From: Hyaloraphidium curvatum SAG 235-1 | Taxonomy: Eukaryota; Fungi; Monoblepharomycota | DNA: 64,000 nucleotides | NCBI GenBank assembly: GCA_025558095.1 | Contig: JAIVFI010000026.1 | Coordinates: 372,001-436,000, forward strand | Direction: 5' to 3' | Part shown: one piece after another, positions 9,842 to 20,170 of the stretch | How positions within the stretch are numbered: the first letter of the stretch is position 1 | Layout of the letters: every line of letters begins with the position of its first letter | The notes under the pieces: generated by a model | The model's database searches: none | The model's input: only the letters and a program-made list of their open reading frames with translations | What the model was told of the DNA's origin: nothing | Program-made: the position numbers and the translations under genes

Positions 9842-10429
9842 ATGACCGCCGCTTGTGCCGCCTCCAAGGCCAGTTCCGACGCACTGGGCATGTTTGGAGG
9901 CGTGGACAACGCCGACGAGCTCACGGACGACGTTCTGCGGCACCTGCTTGTCGCGTGGCGCGCAAGCGGGCAGGGCGGTCACGATGTCTACTGGGATCTC
10001 GCCATCGGAGCGCTGTGTCTGGCCGACGGACGGGGAGACGCGCATGCTGCGGCGTTTTGGACGCAGATCGGCGCCATGGCCGCTCCCGGCGGCATTGGGA
10101 AGGGGGAGACGGCGGAGGCGGCGTTGGACCGCGGAGTGGGGAGCGTACAACTGCTCCAAGCGGTCGCTGCCGGGGACTTGGTGCGGCTCCGGCAGTGGCT
10201 CTCTGCCGGCTGGAAGCCGAGCTTTGTGGGATGTGCGGCCGGGTCGATCCGTGGTCGGGACGCGATGGACGTCGTGGAGCTCCTGCGCGCGCTTCGCACG
10301 CACGGGGTGCGGTTGCCGCCCGCTGACAAGTTGGACTGGGACAGCCTCCAAGCTGGAGACAAGGGCGAGGCGATTTTGGTGGCCAGCATGTATCGGGAAG
10401 ATGCGATTGCACTACAGGGTCTGCTGTGA
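9842..10429 (+). CDS. Hypothetical helical protein, paralog of 26559-27242
   Basis: FW...PGGIGKGETAEAALDRGVGSVQL...GWKPSFVG versus FW...PGGIRDRESPQRAMERGIGSTQL...GFRPGFAG. Confidence 0.65.
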   Translation: MTAACAASKASSDALGMFGGVDNADELTDDVLRHLLVAWRASGQGGHDVYWDLAIGALCLADGRGDAHAAAFWTQIGAMAAPGGIGKGETAEAALDRGVGSVQLLQAVAAGDLVRLRQWLSAGWKPSFVGCAAGSIRGRDAMDVVELLRALRTHGVRLPPADKLDWDSLQAGDKGEAILVASMYREDAIALQGLL

Positions 10430-10437
10430 ACGTGAGG

Positions 10438-11301
10438 CTAGAAGCCGCCGAACGCGTCCTTGAACCTGAGCCTCGCAGCGGCGTTGTCCGGCAGGGCGAT
10501 GAAGCGGGCCCAGACGCGCGCAGGGGTGTCTTTCATGGAGAGGCGCACGGCTGCGTTGCGCTGGAAGGCGGCCGTAGCCGAGGTGTAGCGGAAGTCTTCG
10601 CCAGAGACGATCGCAGAGATGGTGAGCTTGAGGTAGCGCGCTTCCGGCGGTAGGTTGGAACGGTGCTCGAACGCCGAATTGAGGAGCTCCAGGAAGGCTT
10701 GATCCAGGTCCTCGTACACGCCGAGTGCAGCGCCGACCGGGGGAGATTGCTTGACATCCGTTGCGACGAGCACGTAGGCGATGGTGGGCTTGACGGAGGC
10801 TTCCGTCGGCGCCTCCGATCCGGCCGTGTCGTCCTCCTCGTCAAACACGACGCTGGCCTCGTCGTCGGCAAACACGCGGTCCTGAATGCTGACCCTGGGT
10901 GTCAGCGACTGGATCTTTTGGGTCGGGACGATGCGGGGGAACGGGCTGTTGCGGCCGCGCGTCGAAGACTTGGGCGGGGTTGCGCGCGGAGTCGACGGCT
11001 GAGGAGCTTCCGGCGCTTCTTCCTCCTCAACAGAGCCGTCCTCCGATTCGTCCTCCGCATCGTCGGCCGTCGTGACTGTTTGGGAGAGCGGCGACGGGCC
11101 TTTGACGGGAGCCCTGCGTTTGATCGAAACGCGCACCTGGTCGGAGGCGGAGGTAGAGGCCGACGAGGCTGCCGAAGCAGTGGAAGCAGTGGAAGCCGTG
11201 GTTGCGGACGACATCGAAGAGACCACGCTGGAGGTGTCGTCGTCGTCGTCCTCAACCTGCTTGCGCTTGTTGTTCACACGGGGGTTGGTGCGGGGCGGCA
11301 T
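10438..11301 (-). CDS. Hypothetical protein, acidic/Ser-rich N-terminus and globular C-terminus
   Basis: ATG start, NLS-like KRK, upstream T-tract, ordered C-terminal ~100 aa. Confidence 0.6.
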   Translation of the reverse strand: MPPRTNPRVNNKRKQVEDDDDDTSSVVSSMSSATTASTASTASAASSASTSASDQVRVSIKRRAPVKGPSPLSQTVTTADDAEDESEDGSVEEEEAPEAPQPSTPRATPPKSSTRGRNSPFPRIVPTQKIQSLTPRVSIQDRVFADDEASVVFDEEDDTAGSEAPTEASVKPTIAYVLVATDVKQSPPVGAALGVYEDLDQAFLELLNSAFEHRSNLPPEARYLKLTISAIVSGEDFRYTSATAAFQRNAAVRLSMKDTPARVWARFIALPDNAAARLRFKDAFGGF

Positions 11302-11331
11302 GTCGGTCTGTCTGGATCAACTTGGATCAGG

Positions 11332-11769
11332 TTAGCGCCAGTCTGGAGAAAAAAAGCACCGGCCATTCGTCGATCTTGCGTCATTGCCCTCTGGTGAACG
11401 GAGCCCACAATGGCGGCGCCAACTGGCGGGGCGGGAGCTTGACGGAGGCACGTCCAAGCCCAGGGGCAGCGGTGGCGTTGTGAAGAGCGGGAGGACATCT
11501 CTTGCGCGGGCGTCGCCGTTGGAGGCGTCCGTTTGGCAGCCGCAGCGAGTCCGACACGGGCAATCGCCGCAGCAGCCTCGTCCTTCGCGACCTCCCGCAG
11601 CAGGACGCTGCTCCGCGTCGTCGGAGTTTTGGATGATGTAAACTTGCGAGTCAGGACGGGAGCGCAGAAACTGCTGCTCACGTTGGAAGCGCAGAGACGT
11701 CAGCAGCATCAGAGCGACCATGGTCAGCAAACCCAGGACAAGAGCCCTCTGTTGATCCATGTCGATCAT
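11332..11769 (-). CDS. Small membrane-anchored protein (possibly frameshifted)
   Basis: N-terminal TM ALVLGLLTMVALMLLTSL; plausible coding signal shifts between frames downstream. Confidence 0.4.
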   Translation of the reverse strand: MIDMDQQRALVLGLLTMVALMLLTSLRFQREQQFLRSRPDSQVYIIQNSDDAEQRPAAGGREGRGCCGDCPCRTRCGCQTDASNGDARARDVLPLFTTPPLPLGLDVPPSSSRPASWRRHCGLRSPEGNDARSTNGRCFFSPDWR

Positions 11770-11835
11770 GCCGGCGATCCTCAGAAAAAGCACTCTTCAA
11801 GCCGACCCGGGCCGCTCCATGAGTCGGCTTTTGGC

Positions 11836-13442
11836 TCACGCCCGCGGGCGCTTCGGCGCCGTCTTTGCTGCTGCGGCTTTGGTCGCTTTGGCCGCTTTTC
11901 TCTGTTTCGCGGGTTGCGGCGACGCACTGCGTTTCCGCTTGGCCCCTGCAAGGGTGATCGCTTCGGCAGTCCGGCCGCGCTTCACCCGTCCCGCAGTTGC
12001 CTCCGTCGGAGACCCGCCGCGCTTCCTCTTGCCGAGGGCCTCTTGCACGGCCTCCCGGGAGCGCTTCGAACGACGTGCGGCGGGGCCGGGGCTGGCGGAG
12101 CGCCGGCGCTTGCCAGTGACCTCTTCGTTTCGGGGGCCGTGCGGGGGCGCTTCGCCTTGGCCTCGGCGGGAGGCGGTGTGCGGGATCGTCCGCGCTTCGG
12201 GATGGTGCGGCGGGGCAGGGCGGTGCCGGAATCTTCGACCATGTCCATCGCGTCGTCGTTGGAGGGGTCGTCGGGCCATGCTCCCGGCGATTCGATGGGG
12301 GAGGTGCGCTTCGTCCGGCGTGGGAGTGCGCTGCCTTCGTCCTCAATGAATTCGACAAAGGAAGCTTCGTCGTCGGAGTCCGTGGCGGCATCGGGCGCGG
12401 GCGCAGCGGCGGTGGCAGGCGTCGGATGGGCGGCAGCGGGGCCGGTGGGCGTCGGGGAGTCCTGTGCCTCAGCTGCTTCGGCCTCGTCAGCCGCGTCCTG
12501 CGCGCCGGGCTCAGCTGGGCCGTCGGCGGCGTCCCAGCCCGCGGGCAGATCCCAATGATCCTCTGCTTCGGCCGGAGCTTCCCAGAACCGTGCCTCTTCG
12601 TCTCCGCCGGCGACGCTACCGGTGCGGGCGTCGGGCTCTTCGCGCTCTTCGCGGTTTGCGAGAGCCGCAGAGAGGCGGGCGACTTCTTGGCGGCATTCTG
12701 CGAGCGCGGCGCTGAGCTTGGTGTTCTGCGCGTCGGACCGGGAGCGGTGGGTCTCGCACAGTGCCAAGCGATGCCTCAGCTCCTGCATGTCCCGGGTCCC
12801 CTCTGCCATCACATCGCGCAATTCTCCAATCGCCTCTTCCTTCTCGGCAACAAGAGCCTCGCAACGTCCCAGCCTATGGCGGAGGGCATCCCGGTCCGCG
12901 GCGGAGGCCTGGGCGTGCCTCAGCGCGTCGCGGAGAGCGGCTGCATCCGCTTGGTGCGCTACTTTCTCGGCGATCATCGTATTGAGCTCGTCCTCCAGCT
13001 CTCCCATGGCCCGTTGGGCATCGGCCAGCTCTCTCTTGCAAGCGGAGGCGTCGCCGGCTTCGATTTGAAGCGCACGGATCGTCTGCTGGTATTCCGACAG
13101 CCGGTGACGCAGTGCTTTCGCCGACGTGTGCGACGTGTGTGGCATCGATGCGATCTGCTTCTGCAGCTTGCGGATCTGCTGCTGGAGTGCGCGGACGGAG
13201 GCTTTCGTAGGCTCGGCAGGTGGGGCGGCGCCGGGCGCGGCGGCGGCTGGCTCCTGGCGCGGCGGGTCTTGTGCTGCCACCGGGGTTGCCGGCGGCGGTG
13301 GTGCACGCGGGGTCCGCGGGACCGTGCGGTTTTCGCAGTGGACATGTTGGTAGCAGTACCTTGAGCCGTCTTGGGCGTTGCGGCTGCAACGGTTGCGATC
13401 GCCCGATGATTTGATACAGGCGCATTGGACTGGTTCGGACAT
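11836..13442 (-). CDS. Cys/His-motif coiled-coil protein with basic tail (probable frameshift near 12130)
   Basis: N-terminal CACIKSSGDRNRCSRNAQDGSRYCYQH (a motif common in large DNA virus proteins), then a long coiled coil. A K/R-rich tail (KRRRSASP...KAAKATKAAAAK) continues in another frame (ORF 11836-12279). Confidence 0.6.
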
Positions 13443-14025
13443 CGTCGTTGGCCGTGTGGATCGGGAATAATTCCATCTGCGTGGTCGCGGTGGGGCGGGG
13501 AAAGGGGCGGTGTGACACTTTTAGGTCCGTGACACATGGAACTGGGTCGCCACGCGGCGACCAGCTAGCTAGTGCAATGAGCCTCACGACCACGGCACGC
13601 CGCCGACTCCGTCTCCGTCTCCAGCCGACCGGTGACGGCCGCAACGGCGCTTCGTGCGTCTCCGACGTTTGTCCGCCGCCTCGCACGGGACCGGGGTCCA
13701 CAGAGCATCCGTCTTCGTCTTTGCGTGCGTGCCAGGTAGCGGCGATCGGGTGTGGGTGGCGGCCATCGGCGCGGGTGGTGCAGATCGGTGCTGGTGGCGG
13801 CGATCTGCGCGGTTGAGCGGCTTTGGCGGCGTCTGCGTCTGCGGGAGGCTCGTCGTGCCTTTGCGCCATGCGTCGCCTCTGCACTTCCGTCAGACCACGC
13901 GGCCACGGGAAGCGCAGCCCGTGCCATTGACCGCACTGGCTGCTCCGGACAGCTTCGTACACCCCTCTGGATCACGGTGGCGTTCATTTCGGGCTTTTTT
14001 GTGGCAACCGGGTGCTCATCGGGCG

Positions 14026-14223
14026 ATTCGGGGCATTCGGGGTATTCGGGGCATTTTTTAGGGCCCCGGGCCTAGGCCGAAGGGCAGATTCAAGGATGGT
14101 ATATACGGAAAAATCTTTTAATTTGTATCCATTATAAAAAAATACCCCTGATCTCCGCGAACCCCCAAAGCCACCTGGCGCCGACCCCCCAAAAAATGCC
14201 CCGAATGCCCCGAATACCCCGAT
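14026..14223. promoter_or_regulatory. Origin-like block 1: inverted 9-bp iteron arrays flanking an AT-rich core
   Basis: (ATTCGGGGY)x3+ATTTTTT at 14026-14059, inverted copy at 14191-14223, AT-rich core ~14096-14145. Lies downstream of primase-helicase 1. Confidence 0.6.
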
Positions 14224-14546
14224 GGCCAGAGGAGCGGCCCAAAACCGCCGCCCGAAGCACAGCAAGTAGCCACGAAGCCCCCAGCATGAAAGCGGGCTGA
14301 AAAATGCGCCCCGGACGGGTACGATCTGGGCGCCCGGACGTCCGAATTTTGGCGGGTCAACGGCCCACCCCACAAAATGCCCCGACGCGCACCCCCGGCG
14401 TGCCCTGCTCCAAAGCAGCTGTGCAATCAATGAAAAAGACACCAATGCACCTTTCTGTGAGTTTGAGGCGGGTTCGGAAGCGTCATGCGGCCGAAAGGCG
14501 CCCCTTCGTCAGCTGGTCGCTGGATGGTGAGTCATCAATCCGTTTC

Positions 14547-17500
14547 TCACTGGGCTGCAATGATGCGCCTACAGAGCCCCGTGTACTCGGCAGTTTTGTT
14601 CGCATCTTTCCTTTCTGTGCGCTCGACACGGCCTCCATCGACTTCAAACGCCTTGCGCGCAATCAGCTTTGTCATGTGCCTACCAAAAGCGTTCATCTTC
14701 ATCCGCTCCTCAATCGGATAGAAGTGTTCTTCGTAGTCGGCAAAGAGCTCCCTCGCTGAGACGGATTCCCGTGCAATCCGAGCGGCATCGATGGAAACTT
14801 CGTAGTTCGTAAGTATCCACCGCAGCACAGCATCGTTATCGTTCAAGTGTTCATCCGTAGTCTTCTTTATACTGGGAGGCGGTGTGAGGCCAGTCCCGTC
14901 TCCCGGTCGCTCCAGGGACGACTGGATGAAAGCATCCTTCCACTTACGGTATCCTTCAATGAGCCATTTCATCATCGCCATGCGCATCTCGGGTTTCTTT
15001 AATTCTCGCCCGAGTCCAGAGTCCTTCATCTTCCAGTATTCCTCACCAGCAGCTGCGGCCGGGTCGTCGACGAACTTTGTGCGGTACGGCACATTCCGTG
15101 CCCTACGAGTGATCGCGTCGCTTGTTGCATCAAACTTTGGAATATCGTTGATGAAAACCCACATCTTTGCGATTAGCGAAAACTGAACGGTGTTGCCGTT
15201 GAGAAAACGCCCAGAGGTTCGATTGCCTGATGTGTAGACGTTGAAGCGCTCCACATTCAACTTGCGCACCGGTCCAGATTCACTGATGATAACACAGCGC
15301 TTTCCGCGGAGAGCCATCAATTCTGGAGTCGCCCGCTCGACATCCCCCACATGGTCACAGAGGATGCCGATCTTGGTTGAACCGGCGTAATCTCCCAGTG
15401 CGTATTCCATGGCCTTGCCTTTGACGCCCTTGCCGTTGGATGCGCTTCCGAGGCAAAAGTGCATCACCTGTTCGAAGCATTCCCCGGTGATACTGTATCC
15501 CGATGCTCGGTGGGCGTATTCGTACTCTTCTTCGACGGGGTAGATGTCCTTCATGATTTGCACAATGCGCTCGTAGTCCACGTTTGGAACTTCATCCAAA
15601 GGAACAAAGTCGTATCCGGTGGTGTAGCTCAGCATCCATTCGCGACGTCCACCTGGGTAGAAGAGCCCCGTTTCCAGATCGTACGTCCCGTTGTTGAACT
15701 GAACTGCGTATGGCTTCGTATCAAGCAATTCGTCGAACTGGCTTGCATCGACGCCCATCTCTGCAGCCAGTTGGTTCACAACATGCCCCTGAAACGTGTC
15801 CGACTCAAGGTCCATCAGCACTTTCCGTATCTTCGCGACCTTTGCTGCCAGTAGGTCTTTTGCCTCATCTGTCGCACCATTCTCACTAGCGTCGCGAAGC
15901 AGGCGTTCATAGACGCGAAGAGCAAGAACAAAAGGCGAATAAGCCTCCTCCTGTCGAATGTATCTGAGCACAGCATGGCTCCCGTCCTTCTTCTTGGTAG
16001 GATCGTAGCGCCAGCGTGACCCCGACCAGTGCCCCCATGCACCGGAGGCTTCCGAATAAATGAAGGGACATCCTTCTTTCGATTCGAGAGGGTTGTTGAT
16101 GGCCAAGAACTTGGAGATCGATGAGTGTCCGCCGCTCAATGCTTTCAGAAGAGACCTGTTCCATTCGGGCCCCCGATCGGGATCAACCGTGACGCCGTCT
16201 GCTTCAAATTCGTGCCAAGCCCCCCCTTCATCGACCGCGCCGTAATTGTGGTTGTGCACGACGGTCGTGTTTTGGTTGATGACCATGAGCAAAGAGCAGT
16301 GCAAAGCAGCCCGATCCCGTGGTATCGGCATGGGCTCTTTGAACAAGTTGCGATTGCACTGTGGGCAAGACAACTGGACCCCCAATCCAGTCACCGAACA
16401 GTTGCGCGGCGTCTTTTTGCGGCAGAATCCGCACTTCTTTGTTCCCTGTACGCGCGCAACGGTCCCTTCAAAACCGGTCATGGTGCTGTGGTTGCGCAGA
16501 AACACCTCCTTTGGCTCGCAGTTGGCGATCGACGAGGTGAGTTCGATGGCCTCCTGGTGCGCAGAAGACGAAAATTCGATGGGCTCCATATTCCAATTCG
16601 CGCCCCAAATTGCGGCGGCGTCAGCGGCCTTCATTTTCGCCTTCTTGCTCTCTCCGGAGTCCCATGTAACGACCACGTCTTTTCCCTTCGCAATTTCGAC
16701 GAAAAAGCCCTCCCCAACAACGCGGTAGGTCAAAACACCATCAAGCATCGTTTTCGAGACCGTCTTCCGTGCAGACAACACGTGTGGTCTCTTGTCGAAC
16801 TTGCATAGAGCACCCACTGCCGACTGAAGGACCGCCACCTGCTCGGCATCTTCCATTCTGAACATGGGAACCGAAACCGACTCTGACGATACGCTGGCGC
16901 AGTCTTGCTCCGCAAGGCCACTCGCTTCAACCATCACGCAATCACCGTCAGTGTCGTTCGCACCTGCAACCACTACAGCAGGTTGCGAGGCCTCGTCCGA
17001 TTCCATGGCAGGTTCAGCCTCCATGTCATTGGTGGTCTCCACATCGCCGGCAGCGACTTCTATCGCCACCCTCGACGCCCGCACGGCCGCGGACGGACTG
17101 TACGCGATCGGATCGGCCGCTTCTTCTTGGTTCCGCACCTTGCGTTTCAGGCCGAGAAAGAGCACCCGAACGCGAAGGCATGTCTCAGTCTGTCCCAGGA
17201 TCTCCTTTCCTTTCTTCAATGTCATGTTCTTTTCGCCGATGGTGACTCGCAGTCCATCGCTCAACGGGACCAAGATGTATGGGAAGTCGCCTGTGCAGAA
17301 GCGGATTGCAGTGTAGTCGACGCCCCCGACCCTCCGTGTGCCAAACAATGCCCGTTCGACCGCATGTGCAACAATCCGCTGCTGCTCCGTGCTCATGCTC
17401 TGATTCTCCGGAAAGATCCGCGTCAAGAGAGCTGTCGGGACGGTGAGTTCGAGCACCTTTCCCGCCTCCTTGCACTCTGTCGCCTCGCAGATATAGACAG

Positions 17501-19478
17501 CACTGCCGCGCTCGTAAGTTTTGATCAGGCGGCGCGCAGTTTCTTTGTCGACATCGTCGCCGTGGAGCCAGCCAGATGCCTCTCCCTTGTGCGCACATTG
17601 GCGGTCTCTCAGCCTCACCCACACGCAACGGCTCCCGACCTCCCCTGTGGTACCGCAATCCTTCATTTGAAGCGGGAACCAAGCCAGAGGATTGTCCTCC
17701 ATCTCGCCCGCCCCACGCCCGCAACGGTAGTAGTCAAGGAGATCCTCGCACGCGCGCGCCTGATCCTCCGTGAGCTTCCCATACGCGCCGGATGCGTTCC
17801 ACTTCGGAATGTATCCAATTTCGACGCCCCTGCTGTGCATCCGCTCAGCGCGTTCCGCGCCGTAGTCCGATTCCAGCTCCTCCTGCGTCGGACGAATCAT
17901 CAACGCCATGATCCGGTCCACCGTCGCTTCCAGTGCCTCACCGGTCTCCAGCGACATGGGAAGGTAAAACGTCCCACTGCGCTTCCTCGACAGCGGCAGC
18001 CGCTTGTTCGCGAAATCGACGCGGAACACGCCCGTGTCGATGGAAGCAAAGCGTCCCATCTCGTCGTCGGCGAGCAACTTCTTGGCACGCTCCGCAATCT
18101 CGTGCATCGCCCTCAGACTCGCAATTCCATTCGGCGCGACGATGTGCAACTTCCCGGGCTCCACGGCGTTGAACTCCGCGGCAAGCCCGGCGGTGAACCC
18201 GTTCGCAATCTCGCTGCCCTCCGCTTCGCCCAGAACGGCAACGCAGAAATCTCTGCACGCCTGTTTGAGCACTCGAACCACGGCACTGGCGAGCTTCAAG
18301 CGCCCCGGCGCATCCGCAAAAGCACTGTAATCGCCCCCGTCGTCGCGCCTGTCCACCTCTGCAAAGACGCGCGCGTACTTGAGCCCGCGCGTCAGTTCGG
18401 AGAAGCACAGGACCTTGGAGTCCGGGTGGTTGCGATGTTCGTCGATCATAGCCTGTGCAAACGTCCGCAGGGCCGCGCGGTCGTTCGGCACCCTGATCTT
18501 GCCGGGGATGCCGGCACCGGGGCCTGCGAGAAGCAGAGTGTGCGTGCTCTGAGCGCTGTCCTTGACGGCATGCTGCCAGACGAACTGGGCGAGCGCGCTT
18601 CGCTGCCTCCCAAACGGGACAAGCACGTCGCGGCTGCCGCTGCCGCTCCCGGCGCCGGCACCACCGCCCGCGGCGGTCGCGCGCTGTCCCTTGCCGGATT
18701 TGGAGACCTTCTTTTGCACGGCGGGGTGTCGCCCGAGGATGACGTCCACGAGTGCATCGGGCATGCGCGCTGGAAGGCGGTCAAAGAGCGACGCACCGGG
18801 ATCGAACCGGTAGTGGGCAACGGTGCCGTCCGGGAGACGGTAGCTCGTCGGCGGCGCGTAGATGATGCCCCCTGAGCCGCGCGTGTCGATGTCTAGCACC
18901 TTGCCGTCGATGCTGAATGCTTTTGCCGTAAGCGTCTCTCCTGCAAGCCTGTCGTCGTTTGCAAAATAAAGATGGCGCCCTTTTCGCGTCGTCACCGTCA
19001 CGGTGGCGATGCTCTCGACGCTGGGGATGCCGACGGTGTGGAGGAGCAAGTCCAGATCAGCCAGATTGTCTCCGTCGATGACGAAAATCCCACCCGGCTC
19101 CCCCGTGACGAGGCATAGCCCGTTGTGGTGTTGTTTGACCTCGCAAACCGTGCGATACCGCTGCTCATCCGACGGGTTGTCGCATTTCTTGACGATTTGG
19201 CCCTTCGCGTCGGTGTAAGACGTCATGTGGAGTGGAACGACCCGGATCCCCATGGCCCGAAACGCGGATGCCGCCGAAGCCACTGTGAGCTCTCCGGATG
19301 GGCGTGGTACAAGCACCAGGGAGGAGGCGCATGTCGTGTCCGTTTCGTCCCGCTGCGGAGTGGTTTCGATTTCCTCCTCGGCAGCCACTGACTGGGCCTT
19401 CCCCGGTGGCGAAGGTGTGAGCGACGCCGCGAAGGACGGGGCATCCGATTCGTCGTCGCTAGCGTTTGTCCAATCCAT
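14547..19478 (-). CDS. Prim-Pol + AEP primase + D5-like SF3 helicase fusion
   Basis: Prim-Pol IFVIDGD/GRHLYF/IDTRG..GIIYAPPT; AEP RVFAEVD/KLHIV/IDTGVF; CxxC pairs; D5 FNNGTYDL; Walker A GSASNGKG, Walker B VIISE, motif C VFIND, AITRR. Confidence 0.9.
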   Translation of the reverse strand: MDWTNASDDESDAPSFAASLTPSPPGKAQSVAAEEEIETTPQRDETDTTCASSLVLVPRPSGELTVASAASAFRAMGIRVVPLHMTSYTDAKGQIVKKCDNPSDEQRYRTVCEVKQHHNGLCLVTGEPGGIFVIDGDNLADLDLLLHTVGIPSVESIATVTVTTRKGRHLYFANDDRLAGETLTAKAFSIDGKVLDIDTRGSGGIIYAPPTSYRLPDGTVAHYRFDPGASLFDRLPARMPDALVDVILGRHPAVQKKVSKSGKGQRATAAGGGAGAGSGSGSRDVLVPFGRQRSALAQFVWQHAVKDSAQSTHTLLLAGPGAGIPGKIRVPNDRAALRTFAQAMIDEHRNHPDSKVLCFSELTRGLKYARVFAEVDRRDDGGDYSAFADAPGRLKLASAVVRVLKQACRDFCVAVLGEAEGSEIANGFTAGLAAEFNAVEPGKLHIVAPNGIASLRAMHEIAERAKKLLADDEMGRFASIDTGVFRVDFANKRLPLSRKRSGTFYLPMSLETGEALEATVDRIMALMIRPTQEELESDYGAERAERMHSRGVEIGYIPKWNASGAYGKLTEDQARACEDLLDYYRCGRGAGEMEDNPLAWFPLQMKDCGTTGEVGSRCVWVRLRDRQCAHKGEASGWLHGDDVDKETARRLIKTYERGSAVYICEATECKEAGKVLELTVPTALLTRIFPENQSMSTEQQRIVAHAVERALFGTRRVGGVDYTAIRFCTGDFPYILVPLSDGLRVTIGEKNMTLKKGKEILGQTETCLRVRVLFLGLKRKVRNQEEAADPIAYSPSAAVRASRVAIEVAAGDVETTNDMEAEPAMESDEASQPAVVVAGANDTDGDCVMVEASGLAEQDCASVSSESVSVPMFRMEDAEQVAVLQSAVGALCKFDKRPHVLSARKTVSKTMLDGVLTYRVVGEGFFVEIAKGKDVVVTWDSGESKKAKMKAADAAAIWGANWNMEPIEFSSSAHQEAIELTSSIANCEPKEVFLRNHSTMTGFEGTVARVQGTKKCGFCRKKTPRNCSVTGLGVQLSCPQCNRNLFKEPMPIPRDRAALHCSLLMVINQNTTVVHNHNYGAVDEGGAWHEFEADGVTVDPDRGPEWNRSLLKALSGGHSSISKFLAINNPLESKEGCPFIYSEASGAWGHWSGSRWRYDPTKKKDGSHAVLRYIRQEEAYSPFVLALRVYERLLRDASENGATDEAKDLLAAKVAKIRKVLMDLESDTFQGHVVNQLAAEMGVDASQFDELLDTKPYAVQFNNGTYDLETGLFYPGGRREWMLSYTTGYDFVPLDEVPNVDYERIVQIMKDIYPVEEEYEYAHRASGYSITGECFEQVMHFCLGSASNGKGVKGKAMEYALGDYAGSTKIGILCDHVGDVERATPELMALRGKRCVIISESGPVRKLNVERFNVYTSGNRTSGRFLNGNTVQFSLIAKMWVFINDIPKFDATSDAITRRARNVPYRTKFVDDPAAAAGEEYWKMKDSGLGRELKKPEMRMAMMKWLIEGYRKWKDAFIQSSLERPGDGTGLTPPPSIKKTTDEHLNDNDAVLRWILTNYEVSIDAARIARESVSARELFADYEEHFYPIEERMKMNAFGRHMTKLIARKAFEVDGGRVERTERKDANKTAEYTGLCRRIIAAQ

Positions 19479-19578
19479 TTTGGATCCTATGGTGAGTGTG
19501 CAAAAACGGGACCGATTTCGCGTGTGTGGAACAGTGGAGGTTTAAAATTCCGTTCACTGGCCGCTGGACCAAACGTGG

Positions 19579-19989
19579 GTGTCCGGCACTGTTTATTTTC
19601 TTTGGTCCCATCAGAAGCAACTGTTCCCGGCATACAAAAAGCAGATCGCGAACATGCTGAGCACTCAACTCCCCCGTCGCGCCGCCGATTTCAAATCCGC
19701 AAAGGGCCGAAGCGCCGCGGCGCTTTTCGACGAAATCGTGAAGCGACTGGACATCAGCCCGGACGCAGCGACGTTCATCCACCCGGAAGAGGTGCAAACG
19801 CAGCTGCGTTGCCTCATTCCATGGGATGCGGACCGGTACATTAGGAGCCAGAAGCTCATGATGCAAGTCATGTGGGCCATAGATCGTCGATACGGCGACA
19901 CTCACACAGTAACTACCGTGTTCATGCGAGGAGCGACCGGCCCTGCTGTCGTCACTGCGCCCATCAGCCCTCCGCCGGAGGCTGCCTGA
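19579..19989 (+). CDS. Hypothetical protein
   Basis: 136-aa ORF divergent from primase-helicase 1; start uncertain. Confidence 0.45.
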   Translation: MSGTVYFLWSHQKQLFPAYKKQIANMLSTQLPRRAADFKSAKGRSAAALFDEIVKRLDISPDAATFIHPEEVQTQLRCLIPWDADRYIRSQKLMMQVMWAIDRRYGDTHTVTTVFMRGATGPAVVTAPISPPPEAA

Positions 19990-20170
19990 GACTCTCAATG
20001 GAGTTTGGAACGCTGTTGTAACCTGCTGTCAGGAATCGACGCTTTTTTTGCAACAATGCATGCCTGTCGCCGTCTGTGCCGCCCATTATGCTCTCTGCGG
20101 TCGTCACGGTAATCAGGTGCGGAAGGAGTGGACGTGATCGATGTCGTGAGACTCGTGAGCGCTTCTGCGA

